A DNA stretch of 48,822 nt. Source: Chiloscyllium plagiosum (lineage: Eukaryota). Positions 25,691-37,935 of this stretch are shown one piece after another (within the stretch, counting starts at the first letter, position 1; every line of letters begins with the position of its first letter). Below the pieces are notes generated by a model, which was not told the origin of the DNA, made no database searches, and worked only from the letters and a program-made list of their open reading frames with translations. The translations under genes were made by a program, and so were the position numbers. The DNA lies in assembly GCF_004010195.1 (NCBI RefSeq), contig NC_057749.1, forward strand, positions 5,869,339-5,918,160, read 5' to 3'.

Positions 25691-26889
25691 AATGTCTTTG
25701 CTGACCTAGGTGAAGTTATAAGAGGTCATGCAAGACCCATAAATATAAAGTGCAGTCTGGTACATTTGAGAAAGTGAAGTGTAACATTTTTGTTTTACAA
25801 TGTCTTTTTGACTATTCAACGCAAAAACCTGATTGGAAAGATTTGCGTAAGGTCCGCATTAATATTACTGCATAAAGCAATACACAAATGACCCAGTGTA
25901 GCAAATATATAACGTAATTCCCATTTACAGCAAGAAGTCTCTTCCTAGGACAATACATTTCAAGTTTAAATTGGAGTAATAATGAAACATGTTATGTCTT
26001 TTTATTAATCCCTAGTTATAATTTACACAGATTTCTAAGTGCAACAACTGTGTTTTTTTTTAGTCTCCAGTCATAATAAGCATTTAATACTGTTGATTTT
26101 TCATTATGTATGCAGTGAGCTGTTCTTCCTGTCGATTAGTTCTGCATTAAGGAAATGATGCTGAATCTGTTTACATTTTTAACAACGGTAAACTGTCAAA
26201 TTATTCAACTTTCCTTAAATATTCCACAAGAAGACATTAGGACGATTACCAATTCTCTGAAAGATTCTATTCCTTGACAGGAATACAAACGCTGTAGCAC
26301 TGAATGCGGCTGAATGCAACTTGTTAGCCTTTATTGTTAAGTGTCAAACACATTCCTGTGGATCACTTAGACTAGACTGGGTGAAGATGACAGACATCCT
26401 TCCCAAAAGGATATTAGCAAATCTGATGAGTTTTCATGATAACCAGGTTGACATGACAACCATGAAACTAATGCCAGCCAGATTTATTTAATTAAATGCA
26501 TTCAAATCCCCCAGCTACTATGGTCATATTTGGAGTTGGGATTTTGTCTCTCTATGGAGGTGTGAATCTAAACGCAAAGCACTGAACATAAATCATTTTT
26601 TGATGGCCTTCCTCGCTCTAACACCCCACAAGAGGATCACTAAAAAAGAAATTGCGTTTCTTCCAGCACGCATTTTTAATGTTCTGGTGTGGGTTTTGGA
26701 ATGACCCCCAAAACGAGTACTTCCTTGAAGAGTTTGTGACCGCTGAGAGAGGCTTGAGGGGTGAGGGAATCCATGCAAAATGTTTGCTACCTTGACATTA
26801 TCATTTTTAAATTGATGACTGGATGTGTTTTTAATACAATTATTCATTGTGGGGGTGAGTCCCAAAAAGATAGGTTGATACTTGTCACT

Positions 26890-27366
26890 GAGTCACAGAA
26901 TCATTCTTCATAGAAACAGGCCCTTCGGCCCACCATGTCTAAACTGATCAATAAACACCAAAGTACACTAATAACATTTACCTGCACCTTGTCTATCGCT
27001 GATGATGCCCTGGCATTTTAAGTGCTCATCCAGATGCTGCTTAGATATTGTGAGAGAACTTGCCTCCACCACCCTCTCAGACAGCACGTTCCATATTTCT
27101 ACCACCATCTGGGTCACAGAGTCATAGAGACATATAACATGGAGACAGGCCCTGCAGCCCAAGCTGGTCCATGCTGGTTCTCTGAACAACCAACCCCTCA
27201 CCTTAAACTTGGGCTATCTGGTCTTAGATCCACCTGCCCTGGGGAAAAGATCCTCACAATCTGCCCTGTCATAATTTTGTACACTCCAGTAAGATATCCC
27301 TTCAGTTTCCTGTGCTCCAAAGAAAACAAACCCAGTCTATCCAGTCTCTCCTTGTCACTGAGACCA
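26890..27366 (-). mobile_element. CR1-type LINE 3' fragments (two tails, nested or rearranged)
   Basis: GAAACAGGCCCTTCGGCCCACCATG tail and a second tail at about 27115-27175; ORF contains IWNVLSERVVEASSL. Confidence 0.65.
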
Positions 27367-27689
27367 TAATGATGGCATTGGGCACCATTTTCTAAGCGTT
27401 GTCATTTGTCACAATATTTTTTTCCCCATTGAAGGAAGTGTCATAATGTGTTAACATTTTAAAAAACCTAACAGTCTCTGCTGCAATATTTTGTGCAGTT
27501 ATTTAAATCAATTGTCAATTCTGTGTGTTTTCAACAAACAAAACTACTTTTGAAAGTTTTTTTTTTAAATCTATGCACCTGCTTCTTTCTATTGATGATA
27601 GGAACTCTGCTTTGAAATGGAAATGGTGTCTGTCAGTTTCGGACAACGTGGCTAGGATCTTTTGTTATGGCTGTTATAATCATTATGAA

Positions 27690-28748
27690 TACTTGGTGGG
27701 ACTATCATATGAAAAGAGACTTGTCAAGCTGTATTCTTAGAAGCATGAGGGGCTACCACACAGCTACCTATAAAATCCTAACCAGATTCTACAGAATAAA
27801 TGTAGGAAGATGTCTCTGATGACCAGGGAGTCCAGAACTAGGAGTCAGAGTCTAAGGATACAGGGTCAATCATTTAGAGCTTGGAGGAGGAGAAATTCTC
27901 TCACCCAGAAACTGATGAGCGTGTAAACTTCTGTACCGCAGAAAGATGTTGAAGCTAAAACGTTGGATATTTCCAAGAAGGACTTAAATATAGTTCTCAG
28001 GGCCTGAAGGAGAAACCTGGAACAGGGAAATGAGTAGGATAATCAGCTGTTGAAAGTGTTATGGAAGAAACCAAACCCCCTCAAAATGTATGAAGAAGGT
28101 AGCCGAGACCCTAACTCTTTCTTATTTTAAAGGCGAGTGTCAAGTGTAGTGTTCTAGATGCAATTTGATTGGTCAAACTACCAGATTTGAAGCAAAACAC
28201 ACATTGTTGATACACTATGGTTAAAATACAACAAAAGAAAGAATTGGAATAACACTCTATTGGAAAGCTTAACAGAATAATAGATTATTTAACTACTAAG
28301 CAATAACTGTTACAATACAGTAACATCCCATAGACACACCCTAGGCAAAGGCAAATTCAGTAAAATAGATTGTCTCACAGGCAGTTATCTAGTCCAGAAG
28401 GAAAGAAGATCAAGGGAATAATTTGAGAGAGAGAGAGAGAGTAGCAGGGAGAGATGTACTGTAGCTTCCAAACCCAGCTTCAAAACCCGGCAACTGCTAC
28501 TAAAAATCTAACACTAAAAACCCTAGTTCTGTGAGAGCTTGCCCCTTACTCATTCAGGCTGCTTCTATTACTCCAACTATTTTAAAAAAGCCTCACAAGT
28601 TGTTACCTTTATTGTATTTAAATAGAGAGCTCAGTACCTCTATCGCACCTCTTCATCAAAAAAAGCAGGACCAAGTACCCCTCTTAAAACCATAGCATCG
28701 TCACAAAAGGCAGAGCAGGTTCAAAGGGTCGAATGGCCTACCTCCTGT
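27690..28748 (+). mobile_element. Old CR1 3' fragment interrupted by a solo LTR
   Basis: CR1 motifs (AGGAGAAATTCTCTCACCCAG) upstream; tail GCAGAGCAGGTTCAAAGGGTCGAATGGCCTACC resumes after 28709. Confidence 0.65.
28057..28705 (-). mobile_element. Solo LTR (649 bp, TG...CA) with 4-bp TSD
   Basis: Starts TGTTATG, ends CGTCACA (imperfect terminal inverted repeat); AAAG on both sides (28053-28056 and 28706-28709); second copy at about 11021-11605; strand is tentative. Confidence 0.8.
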
Positions 28749-29140
28749 GTCAGTTTGGTGGAGTTTCAAAAGCCTTTTCAGATTCAGCTCAGCAATAGGT
28801 CTATTAATCCAAGAATGATTGTGCCTTTTTAAGAGGTTGTAACTACAGAATATGCCTAGTTGGTTTGTAAATTTATCAGGCGCCTAAAGGATTGATATTT
28901 ATTTTGGTATTCTATAGGCTGTTGCAGCTTTATTTCTATAGAATTCAACAGAATTCAAAATTAGACAGAGTTTACATAACAGTTACAATCTGTAACACAG
29001 TTTAAGTCAGGACAGTAGGTCGATGATATACCCTGGGTTTCCTAAAATGATCAAAGCTCCATTTCTACACTATTATCCCTCACATTGAATTCAATAATAT
29101 TACGGAAGTAAACTAAACTTAAATGCACTTAATCAACACA

Positions 29141-29309
29141 AGTTTGAGAGGATTTTTAGTTCAGGTTGAGGTTCTGGATGTAAGTTTGCTCACTGAGCTG
29201 GGAGGTTCATTTCCAGATGTTTCATCACCATACTAGGTAACATCTTCAGTGAGCCTCTGGATGAAGCACTGCTGATAATTCCTGCTCAGCGAGTAAACTT
29301 ATATCCAGT
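29141..29309. mobile_element. PLE-derived fold-back element (fourth terminal family) with a minus-strand hammerhead motif
   Basis: 14-bp TSD acttaatcaacaca (29127-29140 and 29310-29323); arms CTGGATGTAAGTTTGCTCACTGAGC and GCTCAGCGAGTAAACTTATATCCAG; minus strand reads ca-CTGAAGA-T-gttac...gtgat-GAAAC-ATC-tg. Confidence 0.75.
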
Positions 29310-29658
29310 ACTTAATCAACACATTAAAATTTATTGCATCTTCTGTTTCAACATTGATAGTGCCCAGCATTAGGGGTCTTGGTCAAGGCTACTAGTTTTT
29401 TAAGTAATGTGCTGCTCAAAAAGGTTTGACAATCTTTGGGTGGAAATCACCGCTGTCCAAATTATGACAGATCACGTACGCTTTCAACTCAGTTTCTCTC
29501 TTGTGTTCTCACTTTTCCCTTTGAAGTAAAGAATAATAATTTGATAGAAAGGATGGACATGAAAGTTTGTAGAATCATAGAATGCCAACGGTGCAGAACA
29601 ATACTATTCAGTCTACATCGACCCTCTCGTGGTTTTGCTTTTAAACCAAGGCTTAACC

Positions 29659-30381
29659 CACCTCACTGGATGCTACAGGGCAATTTTCAGCATGGCCAAT
29701 CCACCTAACCTGCGCATCACTTCACCGGATGCTACAGGGCAACTTTCAGCATGGCCAATCCACCTAACCTGCGCACCACCTCACTGGATGCTACAGGGCA
29801 ATTTTCAACATGGCCAATCCACCTAACCTGCGCTTCACCTCACTGGATGCTACAGGGCAATTTTCAGCATGGCCAATCCACCTAACCTGCGCACCACCTC
29901 ACTGGATGCTACAGGGCAATTTTCAGCATGGCCAATCCACCTAACCTGCGCACCACCTCACTGGATGCTACAGGGCAATTTTCAGCATGGCCAATCCACC
30001 TAACCTGCGCACCACCTCACTGGATGCTACAGGGCAATTTTCAGCATGGCCAATCCACCTAACCTGCGCACCTAAAGAATAATAATTTGATAGAAAGGAT
30101 GGACTTGAAAGTTTGTAGAATCATAGAATGCCAACGGTGCAGAACAATACTATTCAGTCTTCATCGACCCTCTCGTGGTTTTGCTTTTAAACCAAGGCTT
30201 AACCCACCTCACCGGATGCTACAGGGCAACTTTCAGCATGGCCAATCCACCTAACCTGAGCATCACCTCACCGGATGCTACAGGGCAATTTTCAGCATGG
30301 CCAATCCACCTAACCTGCGCACCACCTCACTGGATGCCACAGGGCAAGTTTCAGCATGGCCAATCCACCTAACCTGCGCAT
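29659..30381. repeat. 59-bp tandem array derived from an HE1 SINE: 7 units (29659-30071) plus 3 units (30205-30381)
   Basis: Unit CACCTCACTGGATGCTACAGGGCAATTTTCAGCATGGCCAATCCACCTAACCTGCGCAC starts at 29659, 29718, 29777, 29836, 29895, 29954, 30013, 30205, 30264 and 30323; the SINE head continues to about 30497. Confidence 0.95.
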
Positions 30382-33300
30382 CTTTGGACTGGGAGGAAGC
30401 CCATGCAGACAGAAGCAATCACACTGACAATCGCCTGGGGATGGAATTGAATTCAGATCCCTGGTGCTGTGAGGCATCAGTACCGACCATTGTGCCATCT
30501 AATCTTATCTGACGATAGCTTTTAAAATTAATTCTCATAATTGCTGCTCATGTGCTCTGACTCACCAGTTGTGCCACCAACCCAGAAGATTTAAATTAGC
30601 CGTGATCATATTGAATGGCTTGAAGGGCCAAATGGCCTACTCCTGTTCCTATTTTCTATGTCTCTATGTAATTCAGAAGTGTACAATCATTTTAAAGTTC
30701 TGGAAGAGAGATTCATGTTGCTGTTTCCCGGAAATGTCTGTACAGTGCACTCACTCTGACTGCAGCATTAAGGCAATTACATTAATTGTACACCCTGGCT
30801 TTTGACACAAGTTGTGGTATTTATGAAAAAAGGAGTCCCTGAGGGCGAAACGTTGGTTGAAGGACACTTGTGAAATTGCTTACAAGGAAAGTGTGGTGTC
30901 AAGGTGTGAATGGAAAATAAGACACTTTCTGTATCATACTTCTGCTGTTTAATGTAGCCTATGTGTGCCATACGTTTCAACAACACTGAAAGAATGAAAT
31001 GGCTGCTTTTCCAGCACCACTCTACTCCAGAATCTGGCTGATAACAGATATTGGTTCTGACCACTTCAGAAAATAATTTCCAACACTACCAAAGCATTAA
31101 GCAAAAGAACTAACATAATCGACAAAATCATCTTGATATTGGAATTAAGAAATATCGACAAAACAGTCCTACCCCTTGTGAGTCAATTTTCTTTCTAATT
31201 TATTGAAGGAAAGCTAGCTGGGACCATCCATTGGTGCTGCGCTGCTTTCTTGAATCATGCCAGTCTATTTTGTGTAGGTACAGCCACAGTGCTGTTCGTG
31301 AGGCACTGTCAGGATTATGACCCTGTGACATTGAAGGAATGGCAATATATTTCATAGTCAGAATGGTGAGTGCCTTAGTGGGGAGCTTGCATCTGGTGGT
31401 GTTCCTATATGTCTGTTTCCTTTGTTCTTCCAGATGGTATTTTGTTTGTAGATTTCAAAGTTGCCAACAAAGGAGCCTCTTTTTCAATGTATGTTGTAGA
31501 TGATACACATTGTAGATGCTGAGCATCAGTGGTGGAGTGAGTTAATGGGACCACATCCACAAACATTTACGTGGGCTGCTTTTTCTTTCGTCCTAGATGG
31601 TGTCAAGTTTTTTGAGTGCTGTCAAAGCTGTAATAATCCAGGCAAGACCTACAATCACATTTCCTTGCTTCTTCAAGCCTGTCCAAGACCGACAGTCACA
31701 TTGTAGGTCTTGGACAGGCTTTGGGGAGCAAGGAAATGAGTTACTTTCTGCAGGATTCTTAGCCTCTGACCTGGTCTTGTAGCCACAGCATTTACATGGC
31801 TGGGTCAATTCAGTTTCTGGTCAATAGCAATCACATTTCTTCTCATTTCAAATGGTAGATGACTAATAAGAGATCGAGAAGGATTTACTTTCACTCTGAT
31901 TTGAGAGTTCTAAGCCCAATGCACAATCTGCAGATCCTGCCCCCTGTTGCCCCCTGTAGCACCCCTCCCAAACACCTTGGCTTCATGTTTCTAATTCAAT
32001 CTCTTGATGTGTTCTGCACCTTCTGGAATAAACCTTCCCCATACTGGGTGATTACAAGCCAGAGGGTCCCACAAGGCAGAGAGATATTTGACGTGTTCGG
32101 AAGTGTGTTGAGAACATTCCTAAAACCTTTTGCCATAATTGAGTTCCAAGCAGAGGACTTAGTTCAACTTTTGGTGCCAGGCCTGCAAGCAACCAATCAG
32201 CAGAGTCGGTTTTGAGGATTGGGCAGCTTGGTGCTGGGCAGATTGGTTTAGGAGAGGCCACTGCTTTTGGATCTCCTTAACTGCTGCCCGATAAACTGGT
32301 AACATGTTTTGAAGAGCAGCCAATTTTGGAACAACGGTTCTCGAAGCTTTCTGTAACTGAGCCCTTGACTCCTGTCTGGGTTGGAGAGACACTAATCAAT
32401 AGGAGCTCATCACAACGCCATCGTTGTGTGATTGAACTAACAGGATGGTACGAGATGGAGATCAGTCTTTTATCAGTTACTGATTCCTATAGGTTGCTGT
32501 GTTCACTGCACATGGGAAGGGAGGAAATCTTGCCTCACACCCCACCCCCAGATATTCCTTTGCCCCAGTGATTCACAATGCAGAGGACATAGTACAGTCC
32601 CAATTGAGATAAAGTAACTGCTTACCAACACAGCATGGACTGGAAGGTTCCGTTTCTGGGCTATATGACTCTATGACATGATTAAATGAAATATTTCTGT
32701 GCCATAAATTTACATTGTGCAGCTGAATATTAATCAATTGCAGAAACTTAAAGAGCAACGGCCTATCCGTTGAGTCATGAGGCAAATTTAATCACCAAAT
32801 CTACACTCTCAATTATTTTTACAACTGAGCGGCTCAGAAGAATATTTTTATTTTCAAGGTGCATTGTCGTTTTATTGAAGATTCTGAGTGGGCTTAACAG
32901 GACAGATGCTAAGAAGACATTAGGGTTAGGGAGAATGTAGAACGAGCCAGCTTTAAAAAAAACACTCCCATTTCAGAAGGAGACAAGGAGGAAGATCTTC
33001 TTTCAGAGAATAGTGACTGTTGGCATTCTGTTCCACAGAGTTGAGGCCCAGTGATGATTTTGTCAAATGACAGATCTGATTATATGGCCTTCCCCCGCTT
33101 CATTTTCTTATCTTTCTCTGTTCCTTGCACTTCCATGGTTTTGGTATAAAACTTGCCTCTTTCCCCAACCTTCAGTCATCTGTCTTAATGGCTACGACAT
33201 GGCTGTATATCAAACTTTGCTTGATATCAGTCTTGTGAAGTGTCTTGGGACACTTTAACTACATTAAAGGTGCTATACCAATGCATGTTGCTGTTACCTA

Positions 33301-33948
33301 GCAGAGTGACTGCTCTGAATGGTGCTTTATGCTCCACAAGAGCTAATTCATGTTGCCCCACCCTCATTGAGTCAGCACTGAGGCCTGGAGTCCGAGTCTG
33401 CTCTGAGGCCGGGTGCTCAGGATGTCACCGAGAAGAAAGAAGAGAGGACAAGAAAAAAATCCACAAAAAGGAACAAAAAAGAAAAATAAATGGCGGATCT
33501 GATGAGCTCCAGCTGAAGGGTCTAGCTCCACTGCCCTCTTGGATCATTAATTTGCCATTGCAAATAATTCTACTTCGGTGCAGGGGCCACTCATTTCCCG
33601 AATGGTGACTGTGGAATATTCTTCTGACGTTGTTAGTAAAACCCACTAAAAGCAAGCAAGGGTGAGCAACCATAGAGTAAGGCAGAAACTAATTGAGTGA
33701 GACACAAACAGACGTTGCTGGAGAAACCCAGCAGGTCTGGCAACGCCTGTGAAGAGAGAAACAGAGTTAACGTTTTGAGTCCGTTGTGACTTTCTCAAGA
33801 GCTATATTCGCCTTCACCCTGCAGTCAGACCTGCTGAGTTTCTCCTGCACTTTCTGCACCTTTTTCAGATCTCTAGCATCCACAGCATTTAATATTTGTG
33901 CGTTAAAATGGAAGAAGGATCTTTGTATTTCAACAAATCTTCCATAAC

Positions 33949-34448
33949 NNNNNNNNNNNNNNNNNNNNNNNNNNNNNNNNNNNNNNNNNNNNNNNNNNNN
34001 NNNNNNNNNNNNNNNNNNNNNNNNNNNNNNNNNNNNNNNNNNNNNNNNNNNNNNNNNNNNNNNNNNNNNNNNNNNNNNNNNNNNNNNNNNNNNNNNNNNN
34101 NNNNNNNNNNNNNNNNNNNNNNNNNNNNNNNNNNNNNNNNNNNNNNNNNNNNNNNNNNNNNNNNNNNNNNNNNNNNNNNNNNNNNNNNNNNNNNNNNNNN
34201 NNNNNNNNNNNNNNNNNNNNNNNNNNNNNNNNNNNNNNNNNNNNNNNNNNNNNNNNNNNNNNNNNNNNNNNNNNNNNNNNNNNNNNNNNNNNNNNNNNNN
34301 NNNNNNNNNNNNNNNNNNNNNNNNNNNNNNNNNNNNNNNNNNNNNNNNNNNNNNNNNNNNNNNNNNNNNNNNNNNNNNNNNNNNNNNNNNNNNNNNNNNN
34401 NNNNNNNNNNNNNNNNNNNNNNNNNNNNNNNNNNNNNNNNNNNNNNNN
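33949..34448. other. Assembly gap (500 N, probably a placeholder size)
   Basis: Run of exactly 500 N. Confidence 0.99.
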
Positions 34449-34536
34449 TGTGAAATAACTAAATAATAAGTTTGACAATCGATACTCAATCACATCCACT
34501 GAAAGAACAATGTGTCCATGAGTTCTTGGGATCATA

Positions 34537-35400
34537 TTGAATTGAATTGAATTTATTATCAAGTGCCCACAGTGAAAAGTTTTGTCTTGCGAGCAATACA
34601 GGCAGATCACAGAGTTAAGTGGCATAGATAAGTAAATAATAGCTAAACAGCAGCAAAAACAAACACATGGGTACACTGTACAGGTGAATGTTAAGAGTTT
34701 GAGAGTCCATTCAGTATTCTATCAACAGTAGGGTAAACACTGTTAAGAAACCAGCTGGTGCATGTGTTCAGACTTCTGTACCTTCTCCCTGATGGTAGAG
34801 GTTGTAGAAAAACATTGCCAGGGTGGGATGGATCTTTGAGAATGCTGGCAGCCTTTCCTTGACAGTGGGCCTGGTAGCTGGATTCTATAGATGGGAGGTT
34901 GGTCTGATTGTCTGGGCCGAGTTCACCACTCTCTGTAACCGTCTCCGATCTTGAATGGTACAGTTGCCATATCAGGTACTGGTACATCCAGACAGAATGC
35001 TCTCGATGGTGCACCTATAAAGGTTAACAAGAGTATTTGCCGCCATGCCAAATTTCCACAGCTGCCTGAGAAAGAAGAGACATTGTTGGGCCTTTGTAAC
35101 CAGTGCGTCCACATGAAGAGTCCAAGAAAGCTTGTTGTGGATGACCACTCCCAGGAGCTTGACACTCTCCACTCGTTCCACCTCTGTGCTGTTAATGTGT
35201 AGGGGGGGGGCATGAGTAACATCCCGCTGAAAGTCAGTAATGAGTTCCTTGGTTTTGCCTGCATTGAGAGCTAGGTTGTTCTCAGTGCACCATTTTTCCA
35301 GGTCTTCCACCTCCCATCTGTAATCTGTTTCATCGCCATCTGAGATTCAACCGACTATGGTGGTGTCATAAGCGAACTTGTAAATGGCATTAGTCTGGTA
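34537..35400 (-). mobile_element. Rex1/Babar-like LINE 3' fragment (degenerate RT C-terminus)
   Basis: Minus strand reads IYKFAYDTTIVG*ISDGDE (FADD motif mutated, in-frame stop), then WCTENNLALNAGKTKELITDF...ERVESVKLLGV...LYRCTIESILSGC; (CAATT)n tail. Confidence 0.85.
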
Positions 35401-35593
35401 TTCTTCAGAGCAGCTCTGCCACTGGTTCTGTATTAGTTCGTGCCATGCACTTAGTACCTACTTCCACACCAGGATGTGCCTGCATCTGAGTATTTAAGTG
35501 CAGCTGCGGAATTTCTGAATTGCAGCTGCATGATCCCATAATGATATGGCTTGAATGCCATTTCATCAAAGTGTGTGGTTCAAAGCATAGTAG

Positions 35594-36293
35594 ATTATAG
35601 TCCAACAGGTTTATTTGGAAGTACTAGCTTTCCGAGCGCTGCTCCTTTGACAGATAGCTGGTGGGGCAGGATCATAAGACACAGAATTTACAGCACAAAA
35701 TCAGAGCAACTGATACGATATATTGAACAAACCTCGACTGTGGTTAATCTTTTAGGGGTTGCAGGTTTCGATTCATTAATATATAAATCCCAATTTATAA
35801 ATTATAAAATGTCACATTGATTGACTGGCTGCAGATTGTGTGCTTTTTGAGCAAAATAGAATGTATCTGCAAATACAATTCCTACTTTGGAAATAGAACC
35901 AGTCTGACTCAAGGTTGGAATACATACAGACTCTAACCTTACACCTTTAATGCATTGTCTGAGCTGAGATGTCACCTTTCTTTATAAAACCTTAAGTTAT
36001 CGCGAGAATGTGACTTGAAAGAAGTTCTGTGATTTACATATTAAGGAATCAAAACCTGCATCGCATTCTAAAAGATTAACCGCAATCTATGTTTGTTCAA
36101 TCTATCATATCAGTTGCATGACGTTATGATCTTGTGCTATGAATTCTGTGTCTTATGATCCTGCTCCACAGCCACCTGATGAAGGAGCAGCGCTCCGAAA
36201 GGTAGTGCTTCCAAATAAACCTGTTGGACTTTAACCTGGTGTTGTGTGATTTTTAACTATGTCCATCCCAGGCCAACACTGGCACCTCCTCAT
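35594..36293. mobile_element. PLE-derived fold-back element with about 200-bp inverted arms and a hammerhead motif in each arm
   Basis: Arm about 35594-35790 mirrors about 36030-36235; + strand cac-CTGATGA-A-ggagc(agc)gctcc-GAAAG-GTA-gtg at 36173-36207; catagtag flanks at 35586-35593 and 36294-36301. Confidence 0.8.
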
Positions 36294-36789
36294 CATAGTA
36301 GTAATTGCATACTCAGCACATTCAGACATATGTTAGACACAGGAGGACATCACAGGAGTATCGTGGAAATTATCCCTGAGAACGTAGCAGGAAAAAAATC
36401 AAATGTCAGAATGAATCAAATTGTTGAGCAGATGGAATTCTATGCAGGCTGTGCCTTTGCAGAACTTCTCAAAGTTATTTACATTTTAATTTAGCAATCA
36501 ACCGCAAAACCTGCCTAACAATAATGAGAATCATTGCACTGTTATAAACAGTGGAAATAAATGGAAAACATAGAAAGTTTCAGATTAAATAAAATGTAAT
36601 TTACACGAAAATTATTTCCACAGGGTGCTGCTGACAACATTGCCATGGCCAAGTTACATCTGAAAGCAACACTTAAAGTTAGTCATTTTAAGCCAGAATT
36701 TCTTTTGGTCTTCACAAACTCAAAGCAGATTGAGATAACCTTCAGTTGGTGGAGCAGCCCCATAAACCAGCTCATTCTAAGAGGAGTAA

Positions 36790-37935
36790 ACAAAACACAC
36801 AAGTTGCTGGAGAAACTCAGCGAGTTTGGTAGCATATGTGGAGAGAGAAACAGAGTCAACGTTTTGACTCCAGCACTCTTCTTCGGTTCAGTCCATTTAC
36901 CTCCTCCCTCCTCAGTATCCATTCCAGGTGAAGTAATGCTTTATCTGTGCTTTACTCAATCTAGCCTACCGTATGCGCTACTCACAATGTGGTCTCCTCT
37001 ATATTAGATTAGATTAGATTAGATTCCCTACAATGTGGAAACAGGCCTTTTGGCCTAACAACAAGTCCACACCGACCCTCCAAAGAGTAACCCGCCCTCA
37101 CCCATTGCCCTCTGACTAATGCACCTAACACTATGGGCAATTTAGCATGGCCAATTCATCTGACCCGCACATTTTTCGATTGTGGGAGGAAACCCACACA
37201 GACATGGGGAGAATGTGCAAACTCCACACAGACAAACAGTCACTTGAGGCAGGAATCGAACCCGGGTCCCTGGTGCTGTGAAGCAGCAGTGCTAACCACT
37301 GAGCCACCATGCCACCCCAAGGCAAGGAGAAACCAAGTGTAGATGGGATGGCTGCTTCACAAAACATCAACACTCCGCCCACGAAAAAGACCCTGAGCTT
37401 CCCGTCGCCTGCCACTTCAACACACTACCCTGCTCCCTGGCCACAATCTTTGTGTCAGGCAGTGCTCCAGTGAAGTGAAGCTCAAGCTGGAAGAATAACA
37501 CCTCTTGGGAACTCTACAACCTTCTGGACTGTATATAGTATTGAGTTCAATAATTTTAAGGCTTATTCACTCCTCCCCACATTTTCCCCCACCCCCATAT
37601 ACCAGGCCTTGTTACCACATGATTTGCTATTACACACAACCCGTTGTTAGCCATTAATAGTCCCCATTAGCAGCCATTCATTCTCCAAGGCTAACTGTTG
37701 TCTACTCTTTTGCCTGTCTAACTGTGTTTTTCTCTCTCTGAGCTCCATTTCCACCTACTGTTTACTCCTTGCCTCCTCCCCTCCACCCTACTTCTGCATA
37801 AAAAACAAGTTCTTCCCAGCTACCATCAGTTTTGAAGACGAGTTACCGGACCCCAAACGTTAGCTCTGATTTCTCTCCACAGATGCTGCCAGTTCTGCTG
37901 AGTTTTTCCAGCAATTTCTGTTTTTGTTTCTGCAA
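36790..37935 (+). mobile_element. Penelope-like element (inverted terminus, GIY-YIG remnant, 3' UTR, terminus), interrupted by an HE1 SINE
   Basis: SQCGLLYI (ends 37005) continues as GETK at 37326; decayed hammerheads at about 36853-36892 (-) and 37829-37864 (+). Confidence 0.75.
37006..37318 (-). mobile_element. HE1-type SINE
   Basis: (AGATT)n tail, core and head in reverse complement. Confidence 0.88.

Noticed and set aside
29659..30381. Regular array considered as a CRISPR array or repeat-protein ORF
   Set aside because: No unique spacers; units are head-to-tail pieces of an HE1 SINE and the 59-bp period does not keep frame
30822..30856. gtccctgagggcGAAACGTT, resembling the 3' half of a hammerhead
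   Set aside because: No CUGANGA at the required position and no PLE terminus nearby
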